64,000 nt of DNA from a bacterium (GTDB taxonomy: Bacteria > UBA8248): the NCBI GenBank assembly GCA_965213685.1, contig CBDBZY010000044.1, positions 160,001 through 224,000 of the forward strand. Reading direction: 5' to 3'. The notes below the pieces were generated by a model. That model had not been told where the DNA came from, made no database searches, and was given only the letters and a program-made list of their open reading frames with translations. The translations under genes were made by a program, and so were the position numbers. Shown here in pieces: positions 1 to 8,957 of the stretch. Position 1 is the stretch's first letter, and each line of letters begins with the position of its first letter.

Positions 1-462
1 CATCATGTCGTATTTGCCGTCTCCGATGACGATACACTTCCCGGACGCGACGCCGATGGCTTCCGCTCCCGCCCACAGGGGTCTCGGGTCCGGCTTCCAG
101 TAGCCCATGTCCCGGGTGATCAAGACGTCGAATGACAGGTTTATTTTTTTCGCCATCCTCGCAACATGCCGCTCCGCGTTGTTCGTCACGACGCCGAAGG
201 GGATTTTCTGGCTTCGCAGATGGGCGATCAGCGCATGCGCGCCATCGTTCGCTTCCGCGCGCCGGGCGGCCTTTCGCTCGTGTTTTTCCAGTATGTCCGC
301 TATCGCACCGGCGCGTTCCGGAGGGAGCGTGGCGAGATGATCCAGAATCGATATGTCCGCATCCGGCAGCCCCATCTCCTCTTTCATCGCGGGCCAGTCA
401 AAGGCGGGTTTCGTGAGCGTCCCGTCAAAATCCAGCAAAACGCCCTGCATCGCGCGCTTCAT
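1..462 (-). CDS. HAD-family hydrolase (phosphoglycolate phosphatase-like), runs off the window's left edge
   Basis: Manual translation MKRAMQGVLLDFDGTLT (motif I DxDGT), VVTNN (II), WKPDP (III), IGDGKYD (IV); absent from the ORF track because there is no stop in the window. Confidence 0.85.
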   Translation of the reverse strand, partial: MKRAMQGVLLDFDGTLTKPAFDWPAMKEEMGLPDADISILDHLATLPPERAGAIADILEKHERKAARRAEANDGAHALIAHLRSQKIPFGVVTNNAERHVARMAKKINLSFDVLITRDMGYWKPDPRPLWAGAEAIGVASGKCIVIGDGKYDMM

Positions 463-474
463 GGGTTCTTTTCC

Positions 475-1491
475 TCACATTACCCTGGAAATTTCATCGG
501 CGTGAAAGCGCTTCAGCGGAAAGGATTTCCCCCCGCGCTCCATCCTCACTCCCCGTTCCGGCGGGCATAGCCTGCCGATGCGAACGGCCATGGCGCCCGT
601 CTCGATGAGCGCCTCCCGAAGATGTTTCTCCCCCTCGGCCCGGGCCGCCACCAGAAGCGCCCCCGACGTGATGACCCCCAAAGGGTCGAGTCCCAACGCC
701 TCGCAAATCTTTCCGCCCTCCGGAGAGATGGGAATCTTTTCCCCCTCTACGGCCGCTCCCAGGCCAGAGGCCTCCGCCAACTCATGGATGCCTGTGGCGA
801 GTCCCCCCTCCGTCGGGTCGTGCATGGCGCGCGCCTGGCCGGTTTCGGCCGCCGCGAGGGCCTGGGCAACTACGCTGACGCCCGGAGAATCAATGTATCC
901 TTTCGCCTTTTCCAGCATCCCGGGGTCCACGGTTTTGCTCAGTTCCTGGTATTTCGCCTGCGCCAGGATCGCCGTCCCCTCGACGGGTACGGCGCGGGTC
1001 AGCAAGATGACGTCGTCCGCGCGGGCGCCGTCGCCCCGTATCAGCCTCCCTTTGGGAACCTCCCCGAGCATGTGGCCGGAAAGGATCGGAAATTCCAGTC
1101 CCGCCGTAATCTCCGTGTGGCCGCCGCAGAGGGTGACTCCCAGGTCGGCGCAGGCCCCCTCCACGTCGCGCCAGATGCGGCGCACCATCGTCTCGTCGGT
1201 GCGCCCCTCCGGCAGGAGCAGCGTCATCAGGAACCATAGGGGGACGGCTCCCATGCAGGCGACGTCGTTCGCGTTCACATGAACGGCGTAACGCCCGATA
1301 TGTTTTTCCACGAACGTGACGGGGTCTGACTTGACGACGAGATAGCGGTCTCCCATGTCGATGACGGCGGCGTCTTCTCCCACCCTTGGCCCCACGATGA
1401 GGCGCGGGTGATCGCCCGCACCCCGGCACAACGCTCCCAGGAGGCCGGGGGGAAGTTTGCCCACGGGGAGGAATGAAGACCGATTCGCCAT
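475..1491 (-). CDS. AIR synthase-related (PurM/HypE/ThiL-like) protein
   Basis: GKLPP N-terminus, GEDAAV, KSDP, VNANDVA, GGHTE, MHDPTEGG motifs; start placed at MANRSS. Confidence 0.85.
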   Translation of the reverse strand: MANRSSFLPVGKLPPGLLGALCRGAGDHPRLIVGPRVGEDAAVIDMGDRYLVVKSDPVTFVEKHIGRYAVHVNANDVACMGAVPLWFLMTLLLPEGRTDETMVRRIWRDVEGACADLGVTLCGGHTEITAGLEFPILSGHMLGEVPKGRLIRGDGARADDVILLTRAVPVEGTAILAQAKYQELSKTVDPGMLEKAKGYIDSPGVSVVAQALAAAETGQARAMHDPTEGGLATGIHELAEASGLGAAVEGEKIPISPEGGKICEALGLDPLGVITSGALLVAARAEGEKHLREALIETGAMAVRIGRLCPPERGVRMERGGKSFPLKRFHADEISRVM

Positions 1492-1558
1492 CCGTTCACA
1501 ATAGGGGCGAGATTCCGGAACATCAAGCGGGGGACGGGAAGCCGAAGGCTTTTTCGTG

Positions 1559-1587
1559 TTGACGGCGGGGATGGAGCGTTTTAGAAT
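1559..1587 (+). promoter_or_regulatory. Putative sigma70 promoter upstream of tRNA-Phe
   Basis: TTGACG-N17-TAGAAT. Confidence 0.5.
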
Positions 1588-1684
1588 TCGTTCTTTCCCC
1601 TCGGGGCGTTGGCACGCTTGCGCTTTCAGGGAAATTGACGGATAAGGAACGCGCCTTGGTTGTCCGGCGATCGCTCCGCATATT

Positions 1685-1760
<76 letters not shown>

Positions 1761-1892
1761 GAAAAATGCCGGACGTCAGGCGATGGGCGGGATATGTGGC
1801 ACCGGCACCCCACCTCCCGGCCGGCACTCCGCTGAATCATTCGCGTCCATCGCATCCGGTTCTGGTCGGCGGGGCTCCCCGCGCGCACCCGT

Positions 1893-2459
1893 TCAGTCCG
1901 TATGGGCGGTTCCTTCCCATCCTCCGATGCGTTTTCCGTTCAACTCCACGGTGCTTGTGAGCGGAACCGCCGTCTGAACCATTTGCTCGGCGTAGCAGCC
2001 CTGTTTCGCCAACCGGATGATGCGGAGGATTTTCTCCTCCGCCTCGCTCGATTCCACCCGAAAATGCGTGCGCACCCTGCGGCACCCCGAGTGGACGTCG
2101 CCTTTCAGTACCGACCCTTTCAGAAAGTAGTCGAACTCGACGCGGCACGCGGCTTTCTCGAAGGTGGTTTTTGTCATGTGGGCGTACCGCCCCAGCTGGG
2201 TCAACAGTCAGAAGCCGACGCCCATGGCGATGTATGTGAGGGGCTGCGGATGCCGATCCTCCCCGCCGATGCGGGGCGGTTCATCGCTGAAAACCTCGAA
2301 ATGGCGGAATCGCCCGATTTTCCGCTGCCCGTCATTCATCGTCTCCGTTTCCGCCAGCATGGTGAGCTCGTAGCCCTCCCTGGGAAGTTCGGGCTTGTCA
2401 ATCGGCCTCTCGCCGGGCACGGTGCTCTCGTGCCAGGGATAATTGGGACTTTCCACCAT
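1893..2459 (-). CDS. OsmC-like selenoprotein (Sec encoded by in-frame UGA at 2208-2210)
   Basis: Track ORFs 2208..2459 and 1893..2204 share a frame and are joined by one TGA: DEP..GG.D..P.PL.Y..MGVGF-U-LLTQ...KQGCYAE; UGA falls at the first catalytic Cys position of OsmC. Confidence 0.85.
2170..2207 (-). promoter_or_regulatory. Putative bacterial SECIS element
   Basis: Hairpin UG-G-GGGCG-GUA-CGCCC-A-CA whose G-initiated apical loop starts 20 nt after the UGA. Confidence 0.6.
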
Positions 2460-2535
2460 GTTTGCTTGCCTCCCTGGGTGGGGGTTGGAAGATGCTGGTC
2501 AGACGCCGCGTTGGCCCTTCGTTGATCTCTCCGGC

Positions 2536-3210
2536 TCATTCCCACGACAGCACGGCCAGGTATCCATCCTGCGGAATCTGGACGACCGGCCGCATGTTTT
2601 CCGCCTTTTTGTGCATCTGGATGGTGTGGAGATGCGCGTACGCCTCCCAGAGCAGGTGGCGAAACGTGTATTCCAGGTTGTAGTGAAAGAGGTCCGCGTC
2701 ATTCGGGTCGATCCACACTCCGGTGCGATGCGCCCTGAGGCTGACGCCCTCGCGCCACTTGCGGACGTCTTCGCCGGTGCCCGGGCGCCGGATGCCCGGC
2801 GGCACGCGCTCGGAGATATTTCGCTCGTCCCGAATCGATTCAGGCGATTCCGCGCCCAGCACCTCCCAGGCGAGGGCGAACGAATCGCGCATCGCGCCGA
2901 TGAGGTGTGCGATGTGCGGGTAGAATTCGTCTTTCATCATCCGGCTGTCGAACCGCTCGAGCAGCGCCTTCCCGCGCGGCAAGCCGTCGCCAAACAGAAT
3001 GTCCCCCCAGCGCACCAGCAGCCAGCGGTAGGGCAAAGACGCCACATGGCTCACCTGATCGCGGATGGACCATACCCCCCAGCTCTTCTCCTCTCTCGTT
3101 CTGCGCAGCGCCTCCTCGGGGACGCCGCGGATCTCCCGGGCGAACAGTGCCGGCACCCGCGGGTATTCGGGGAAAAGCGACCGCGCCGAATTCTCTCGCT
3201 CTTCCGTCAT
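2536..3210 (-). CDS. DinB family protein
   Basis: WSIRDQVSHV and RHLLWEAYAHLHTI His motifs; start MTEERE. Confidence 0.75.
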   Translation of the reverse strand: MTEERENSARSLFPEYPRVPALFAREIRGVPEEALRRTREEKSWGVWSIRDQVSHVASLPYRWLLVRWGDILFGDGLPRGKALLERFDSRMMKDEFYPHIAHLIGAMRDSFALAWEVLGAESPESIRDERNISERVPPGIRRPGTGEDVRKWREGVSLRAHRTGVWIDPNDADLFHYNLEYTFRHLLWEAYAHLHTIQMHKKAENMRPVVQIPQDGYLAVLSWE

Positions 3211-3469
3211 TCCGCTCCCCCCTCCCATTTTTCGGAGATTATAGGGGATCGCATGCGGAGGATACATCGCGGGGCGCATTTTTTGCTTTTTTGGATAGGG
3301 CGGGGGGCATTCCGCCCCGGCCGTCGCCTCCCTCCCCATGATACCCTCTCCGTGCATGCAGGCCGTCGCCCCGGTTTCGTGGACAAGCGGGCGTCGGGCG
3401 TGTAGATTGCCGGTTCATTCATTGGCCGGAGTTTTTGTTGCGATCAACCCCTTCATCCAGGAGCAGGCC

Positions 3470-5770
3470 ATGGCGGAAGCCAAAGACATGCGCGGCGCCG
3501 TAGTCGGTGCGTCCCTTCCTTTTCTGGATGATCCCGAAAAGGCGACTGGCGCGGCGGACTATCTCGACGATCTCCACCTTCCCGGCATGTTGACGGGCAA
3601 GGCGCTGCGCAGCCGGCACGCCCACGCCGAGATACTCTCGGTCGACGTCCGGGAGGCCGCCCGCGTCCCCGGCGTCGTCGCGATTCTCACCGGCGGCGAT
3701 CTGCCCGACCGCCCCCGCATCATTCCCCACGAGCGGGCCATGCCCGTCATCGCCCACGACAGGGTGCGCTACATGGGCGAGGCGGTCGCCCTCATCGCGG
3801 CGGAGACGGCCGAGGCGGCCGAGGAGGCGATGCGGCGGATAGAGGTCGAATACCGGCCGCTGCCCGTCGTCTCCGACCCGCGCGAGGCGATGCGGCACGA
3901 GGCGGCGAAGCTCTTCCCGGAGGGCAACGTCCTCAACCAGGCCAAAATACGAAAAGGGGACGTCCAGGACGGCTTTGCGAAGGCGGACGTGATCGTGGAG
4001 AACGCATACTCGACGCCCCCCGTCGACCATCTCTATCTGGAGGTGGAGGCCGCCTGCGCGAGTCCGCAGCCCGACGGAGGGATGCAAATCTGGGGTTCGA
4101 CCCAGCAGCCCTTCTTGGTGCGGCAGAACGTCGCCCGGATGCTGGGGCTGCAGGGGGAAGCCTCGGTGCGCTTCGTCCAGACGATCACCGGCGGTGCCTT
4201 CGGCGGGAAGAGCGAGGCGAGCCTCGACGTGTGCCTGCGCACCGCCGCACTCGCCCACGCCGCCGGCCGGCCCGTGAAGCTCGCCTACTCCCGCGAGGAG
4301 AGCATGATAGCCTCCTCGAAGCGCCACGCCGCGTTCATCCGCTCGAAAACGGGCGCGACGCGGGACGGACGTCTGGTGGCGATGGAGGTGGAAGTCTGGC
4401 TGGACAAGGGGGCGTATGCGGCGAACGGGGGAGACAATCCGCCCGCCTTCAAGCGCGCGACCTACCATGCGGCGGGCCCCTACCAGGTGCCGAACGCGAA
4501 GGTGGACGTCCACTGCGTGCACACGAATCACCCCTACGGGGGGCAGATGCGCGGCCCCGGGTGTCCCCAGGTGCATTTTGCGGGAGAGCAGCAGATAGAC
4601 GAAATCGCCCGCGCACTGGACATCGACCCCATCGAAATCCGGCGCATCAACGGGCTGCGGGTCGGCTCCCGAACGGCCTGGAACCAGCATCTGCCCGAGA
4701 GCGTCGGCTTGCTGGACACGCTGCGCGAGGTGGAGGAAGCCTCCTCCTGGGGGAGGGGAGCCGGCGGAGGCGGAAGGCGGGAGAACGGCCGCCTGCGCGG
4801 GCGCGGCGTGGCGAGCTGCCTGTATGGGACGGGCAACGCCTACTCGCCCGCGGAGGCGCACCTCTTCCTCAGGGCGGACGGAAAGGTGCAGGTGGCCGCC
4901 GGCGTCGTGGATTTCGGCCAGGGGAGCAAGACGGTGTTGTGCCAGATTGCCTCCGAGGCACTGGACGTCCCCTATTCGGGGTTCTGGATGGACAGCGTGG
5001 ACACCGCCATCGATCCGTTTGGCGGCACCAGCTCCAGCTCCCGAATCACGATGCAGGGCGGCAAGGCGGTCTACAACGCCGCGCTGAAGGCCCGGGTCGA
5101 GCTGCTGCGCCTGGGGGGAATCCTGATGGAGGCGGACCCGGAGGATCTGGAGCTGCGCGGCGGCGTCGTCCGCTCGCGCGCCCACCCGGAAACCCGCGTC
5201 ACCCTCCCGGAGATTGCGAAGGCGTTCGTCTCCGACGAGCTCAAGCAACTGGCTGCGGCGGACAGCATTCCCCCGCCCGCGAAAACCGACAAGGAAACGG
5301 GGCTGGGCGAGCCGTATGAAATCTACGGATTCGGCAGCCAGGTGGCCGAGGTGCTCGTGGACGAGGAGACGGGAGAGGTGGAGGTCACCGGCGTGTGGGC
5401 GGCCCATGACGTGGGCCGGGCGATAAGTCCCATGGGCGTGGAGCAGCAAATCGAGGGCGGCGTGTATATGGGGGTGGGCTTCTGCATGATGGAGGAGGTG
5501 GTGCAGCGGGAGGGCCGGATGCAGAACCCCGACATGCACGGCTACCTTGTCCCGACGGTGGAGGACATGCCGGATCAGGTGGCGTCCATCATCGTGGAGG
5601 CGCCCTACTCCAACGGCCCCTATGGCGCGAAGGGGGCGGGCGAGCAGGTGAACGTGCCCACGGCGGCGGCCATCGCCAACGCGGTTTACGACGCCACCGG
5701 AGTCCGCTTCCACGACTTGCCCCTGACGCCGGACAGGGTCGCGCTGGCGCTCGCGAAATCGAGGGGGTGA
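3470..5770 (+). CDS. Xanthine dehydrogenase/aldehyde oxidase family molybdopterin-binding subunit
   Basis: KATG..DYLDD, GGAFGGK, MRGPG, DFGQG, QIEGG, GAKGAGE motifs. Confidence 0.93.
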   Translation: MAEAKDMRGAVVGASLPFLDDPEKATGAADYLDDLHLPGMLTGKALRSRHAHAEILSVDVREAARVPGVVAILTGGDLPDRPRIIPHERAMPVIAHDRVRYMGEAVALIAAETAEAAEEAMRRIEVEYRPLPVVSDPREAMRHEAAKLFPEGNVLNQAKIRKGDVQDGFAKADVIVENAYSTPPVDHLYLEVEAACASPQPDGGMQIWGSTQQPFLVRQNVARMLGLQGEASVRFVQTITGGAFGGKSEASLDVCLRTAALAHAAGRPVKLAYSREESMIASSKRHAAFIRSKTGATRDGRLVAMEVEVWLDKGAYAANGGDNPPAFKRATYHAAGPYQVPNAKVDVHCVHTNHPYGGQMRGPGCPQVHFAGEQQIDEIARALDIDPIEIRRINGLRVGSRTAWNQHLPESVGLLDTLREVEEASSWGRGAGGGGRRENGRLRGRGVASCLYGTGNAYSPAEAHLFLRADGKVQVAAGVVDFGQGSKTVLCQIASEALDVPYSGFWMDSVDTAIDPFGGTSSSSRITMQGGKAVYNAALKARVELLRLGGILMEADPEDLELRGGVVRSRAHPETRVTLPEIAKAFVSDELKQLAAADSIPPPAKTDKETGLGEPYEIYGFGSQVAEVLVDEETGEVEVTGVWAAHDVGRAISPMGVEQQIEGGVYMGVGFCMMEEVVQREGRMQNPDMHGYLVPTVEDMPDQVASIIVEAPYSNGPYGAKGAGEQVNVPTAAAIANAVYDATGVRFHDLPLTPDRVALALAKSRG

Positions 5771-5889
5771 TGTGGGGGATCAGCGCGTAGTTCCATAGGC
5801 GTGGTGATTCGGGCAAACCGAAAGGTGGTGCTCCTCGTTCTGCTCAGGAGCCGAGGAGACGCCACCCGAAAGCCGAAGGAAGCAATCTG

Positions 5890-7278
5890 ATGCCAAATAA
5901 ATCGAACAAAATCAATCATTTACATCCCCCCCCCCCCCCCCCCCCCCCCCGAAAGAACACCCTCTATTTCGGCGATTGCCTGGAGGTGATGCGGAAGGAA
6001 GTTCCCGCAACCTCGGTTGACCTCATCTATCTCGACCCGCCGTTTAACTCCAAGCGCATCTACAACGCCTTCATGGGCCAGGCGCAATGGGTGGCGTTTG
6101 AAGATACTTGGTCGTGGCACGAGGCCGTCGACGACTTCCATGAAGTGGCGGAGGCGGTGGAGCTGGCCGGCGTGATGGAGGGGTTGCGGCGCATCTTCGG
6201 GGAGGGCGGGAACCTCGCCTATCTCTCCTACATGGCGAACCGCTTGCGCGAATGCCGCCACGTCCTCAAACCCACCGGGTCGATCTACCTCCACTGCGAC
6301 CCCACCATGAGTCACCCCCTCAAGATCGTGATGGACGGGATTTTCGGGCGCCAGAATTTCAGGAATGAGATTGTGTGGGGATACGAAAAACCGCGGAGCG
6401 CAAAGAAAATATGGCGACGAAATCACGATGTGATTTTGTTCTATACAAAAACGGGCAAATACATATTTTACCCTCAAAGAGTCCCGACACTCGACGGGAA
6501 GTTCGAGATGCGCAAGCCGTTCAAGCGCCCTGACGGAACCATTTGGAAACCAAAGGAACCTGGAAAACAAGCTGGGTCATGGTGGTATGATATTCCATCG
6601 TTCGCAACGCGAATGTCTGCCAAAGAACGCCTCGGCTACCCCACCCAGAAGCCGCTGGCTCTCCTGGAACGCATCATCCGCGCGTCATCCAATCCGGGCG
6701 ATGTGGTGCTGGACCCGTTCTGCGGGTGCGGGACGACGATCCACGCGGCACAGAACTTGGGCAGGCGGTGGATGGGGATCGACATCTGTGTGAACGCCTG
6801 CAAGGTCATCGAGAAGCGCTTTCGCGGACATTTCGACAGCCGCTGGTCGGACGTGGAGTTCATCGGGTTTCCCAAGACCTTCGATGACGCGAGAACGCTG
6901 GCGCGCCTCGACAGCTTTCGGTTCGAGCGATGGGCCGCCTCCCTGGTGGACGGCATGGAACCCAACAGGAAGCAGCGCGGAGACCGGGGCATCGACGGCA
7001 GAGGCCGCCTCGCCATCGCGAAGGGCAAATTCATCGACCTCGTCTCGCAGGTGAAGGGGGGCAGGACCAACCCCGGAGACGTGCAGGCGTTCAACGGCGC
7101 GCGCCAGCAGGAGGGAGCGCACCTGGGAATTTTCACGTGCTTCGGGGACAGGGTGACATCCCGGATGCGGGACGCCGCCGCCAGCACGGGTTCGTTCATG
7201 GGCGTCCCCGCGGTGCAGATTTATACGGTCGATGACTACTTCGAGGGCCGGAGGCCCCGGATGCCGCGCGTGGCCTAG
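5890..7278 (+). CDS. Beta-class N6/N4 DNA methyltransferase fused to a C-terminal Mrr-like PD-(D/E)XK domain; 5' poly-C tract, in frame
   Basis: [31 protein letters not shown]; C-terminal FERWA...DRGIDG...QVK. Confidence 0.9.
   Translation: MPNKSNKINHLHPPPPPPPPRKNTLYFGDCLEVMRKEVPATSVDLIYLDPPFNSKRIYNAFMGQAQWVAFEDTWSWHEAVDDFHEVAEAVELAGVMEGLRRIFGEGGNLAYLSYMANRLRECRHVLKPTGSIYLHCDPTMSHPLKIVMDGIFGRQNFRNEIVWGYEKPRSAKKIWRRNHDVILFYTKTGKYIFYPQRVPTLDGKFEMRKPFKRPDGTIWKPKEPGKQAGSWWYDIPSFATRMSAKERLGYPTQKPLALLERIIRASSNPGDVVLDPFCGCGTTIHAAQNLGRRWMGIDICVNACKVIEKRFRGHFDSRWSDVEFIGFPKTFDDARTLARLDSFRFERWAASLVDGMEPNRKQRGDRGIDGRGRLAIAKGKFIDLVSQVKGGRTNPGDVQAFNGARQQEGAHLGIFTCFGDRVTSRMRDAAASTGSFMGVPAVQIYTVDDYFEGRRPRMPRVA
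5926..5950 (+). repeat. C25 homopolymer in the 5' coding region of the methyltransferase (encodes Pro8)
   Basis: 25 consecutive C. Confidence 0.9.
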
Positions 7279-7403
7279 GGAAGGTCGCGCGGGACGCGCA
7301 GAGGCGGCGCGTTTCCACCTCTCCGGCATGGCGGCGTCTGTTCGGATGGGAGGGGAGAGAGGGAACGAGCGACGGATGCGGAGGTAGCCTGCGCCCCCCC
7401 TCC

Positions 7404-8117
7404 TCAGCCGATTCCCAGGTGGGTTCTCCGGACTTCCTCGTTTTGCCAGAGCGCCTGCGGTGCCGATTCGTGGACGACCCGCCCGTTGGCGACCACGCAC
7501 ACCCTGTCCACCGTCTGGACGGCGAAGGCGGCGTTCTGCTCCACGAGCACGACGGAGAGTCCCTCCGATTTGAGGGAGCGGATGGCGTTCCCGATGTCCT
7601 GGATGATCATCGGCGCGAGTCCCTCGGACGGTTCATCCAGAATGAGGCAGCTCGGGTTGGTCATCAGGGCGCGGCCCACGGCCAGCATCTGCTGTTCGCC
7701 GCCGGAGAGCGAACCCGCCCGCTGGCCGGCGCGCTCGCCCAAGCGGGGGAAGAGATCGTACACCTCCCGGAAGCCCCAGTGCGGGCCCGCCTCGTGCTCC
7801 TGCTGGGCGACGAGGAGGTTCTCGCGAACCGAGAGGGTCGGGAACACGCGCCGGCCCTGCGGACACAGACCGATTCCCATTCTCGAGATGTCGTAGCTGC
7901 TCGAGGCGGTGATGTCCTCTCCCCGGAAGAGGATGGCGCCGCGCCTCGGCGGAACGAAGCCCATGATCGAGTTGATCAGCGTCGTTTTCCCCATGCCGTT
8001 TCTGCCCAGAATGCCCAGCGTCTCCCCCTCGCCGACCTGGATGCTCAGCCCCTGCAGGACGTAGGAGTCGCCATAGTAGGTGTGAATGTCGCGCACGCGC
8101 AGGAGGGCTGATGACAC
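7404..8117 (-). CDS. livF: Branched-chain amino acid-type ABC transporter ATPase
   Basis: GRNGMGKT, LSGGEQQ, LDEPSEGLAP. Confidence 0.9.
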   Translation of the reverse strand: MSSALLRVRDIHTYYGDSYVLQGLSIQVGEGETLGILGRNGMGKTTLINSIMGFVPPRRGAILFRGEDITASSSYDISRMGIGLCPQGRRVFPTLSVRENLLVAQQEHEAGPHWGFREVYDLFPRLGERAGQRAGSLSGGEQQMLAVGRALMTNPSCLILDEPSEGLAPMIIQDIGNAIRSLKSEGLSVVLVEQNAAFAVQTVDRVCVVANGRVVHESAPQALWQNEEVRRTHLGIG

Positions 8118-8118
8118 G

Positions 8119-8874
8119 CTACTCCGCCTTTCCGAGGTAGATTTCCTGCACCTGCGGGTTGTTGCGGATGTCCGCGCTGGCACCTTCCGCGAGAATCTCG
8201 CCGTAGTGCAGGACGCTGATATGGGAGACGACCTCGAATATGACGTCCAGGTCGTGCTCGATGATGAGAATGGCGATTCGGGGGTCGAGCGATTTCAGGA
8301 AGTTGGCCATCTCGCGGGATTCGCCCGTGGCCAGACCGGCGGAGGGCTCGTCGAGAAGGAGGACTTTCGGGTCGCTCGCCAGGGCGAGGACGATCTCGAG
8401 TTGCCGCTGCTCCCCGTGGGAGAGGTTGCGGACCTCCTGATTCCGCAAGTGCCAGAAATGAACGTCGGTGAGCAGTTTTTCCGCTTTTTCATACACCTCT
8501 TTGTAACGGAACAGGGGCTTGAGCATCACCATTTTCATTTTCCGCAAGCCCTGCGCGGCGAGCAGGACGTTATCGAGAACCGTGAGCCTCGGAAACAGGC
8601 TGGTGATCTGAAAGGTGCGCGCCATGCCGAGCGCCACGCGCCTGTGCGTGGGCCAAGCGGAAACATCCTGCCCGAAAAGACGGATGTGGCCCGACGTGAG
8701 CGGGAGCACGCCCGTTATCAGGTGGAACAGGGTCGTCTTCCCCGCGCCGTTCGGCCCCAGGATTCCTCGCCGCTCACCGGTGCCCAGGCGCAAGTTCACG
8801 TCCTGGACGGCGCGCAGGCCGCCGAAATGCTTGGAGACGCTCTCCAGCTCCAGCCCTGGTGGCGCGTTCGTCAA
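8119..8874 (-). CDS. livG: Branched-chain amino acid-type ABC transporter ATPase
   Basis: GPNGAGKT, RTFQ, LSHGEQR, LLDEP, IEHD. Confidence 0.9.
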   Translation of the reverse strand: MTNAPPGLELESVSKHFGGLRAVQDVNLRLGTGERRGILGPNGAGKTTLFHLITGVLPLTSGHIRLFGQDVSAWPTHRRVALGMARTFQITSLFPRLTVLDNVLLAAQGLRKMKMVMLKPLFRYKEVYEKAEKLLTDVHFWHLRNQEVRNLSHGEQRQLEIVLALASDPKVLLLDEPSAGLATGESREMANFLKSLDPRIAILIIEHDLDVIFEVVSHISVLHYGEILAEGASADIRNNPQVQEIYLGKAE

Positions 8875-8895
8875 AACGATTAACCCCTGTTGGGA

Positions 8896-8956
8896 GGGTC
8901 CGGCGCGAATCCGCCGCCCGGACCGGGAGAGGCCCGGACGGCCGGATTCGCCCGAC
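8896..8956. other. Intergenic GC-rich stem-loop between the binding-protein and ATPase genes
   Basis: GCGAATCCG...CGGATTCGC inverted repeat. Confidence 0.45.
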
Positions 8957-8957
8957 G

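Noticed and set aside
475-1491. AIRS-fold protein as selenophosphate synthetase SelD
   Set aside because: Lacks the N-terminal G-C/U-x-x-K motif of SelD; fits the generic AIR synthase-related family
1609-1625. Possible sigma54 site TGGCACG upstream of tRNA-Phe
   Set aside because: GG-to-GC spacing is off by one from the -24/-12 consensus
3419-5713. Long antisense or alternate-frame ORFs (e.g. 3419..5713, 12530..15127, 34131..36830, 47877..49811, 59270..61213)
   Set aside because: Shadows of real genes caused by high-GC codon bias; no recognisable motifs
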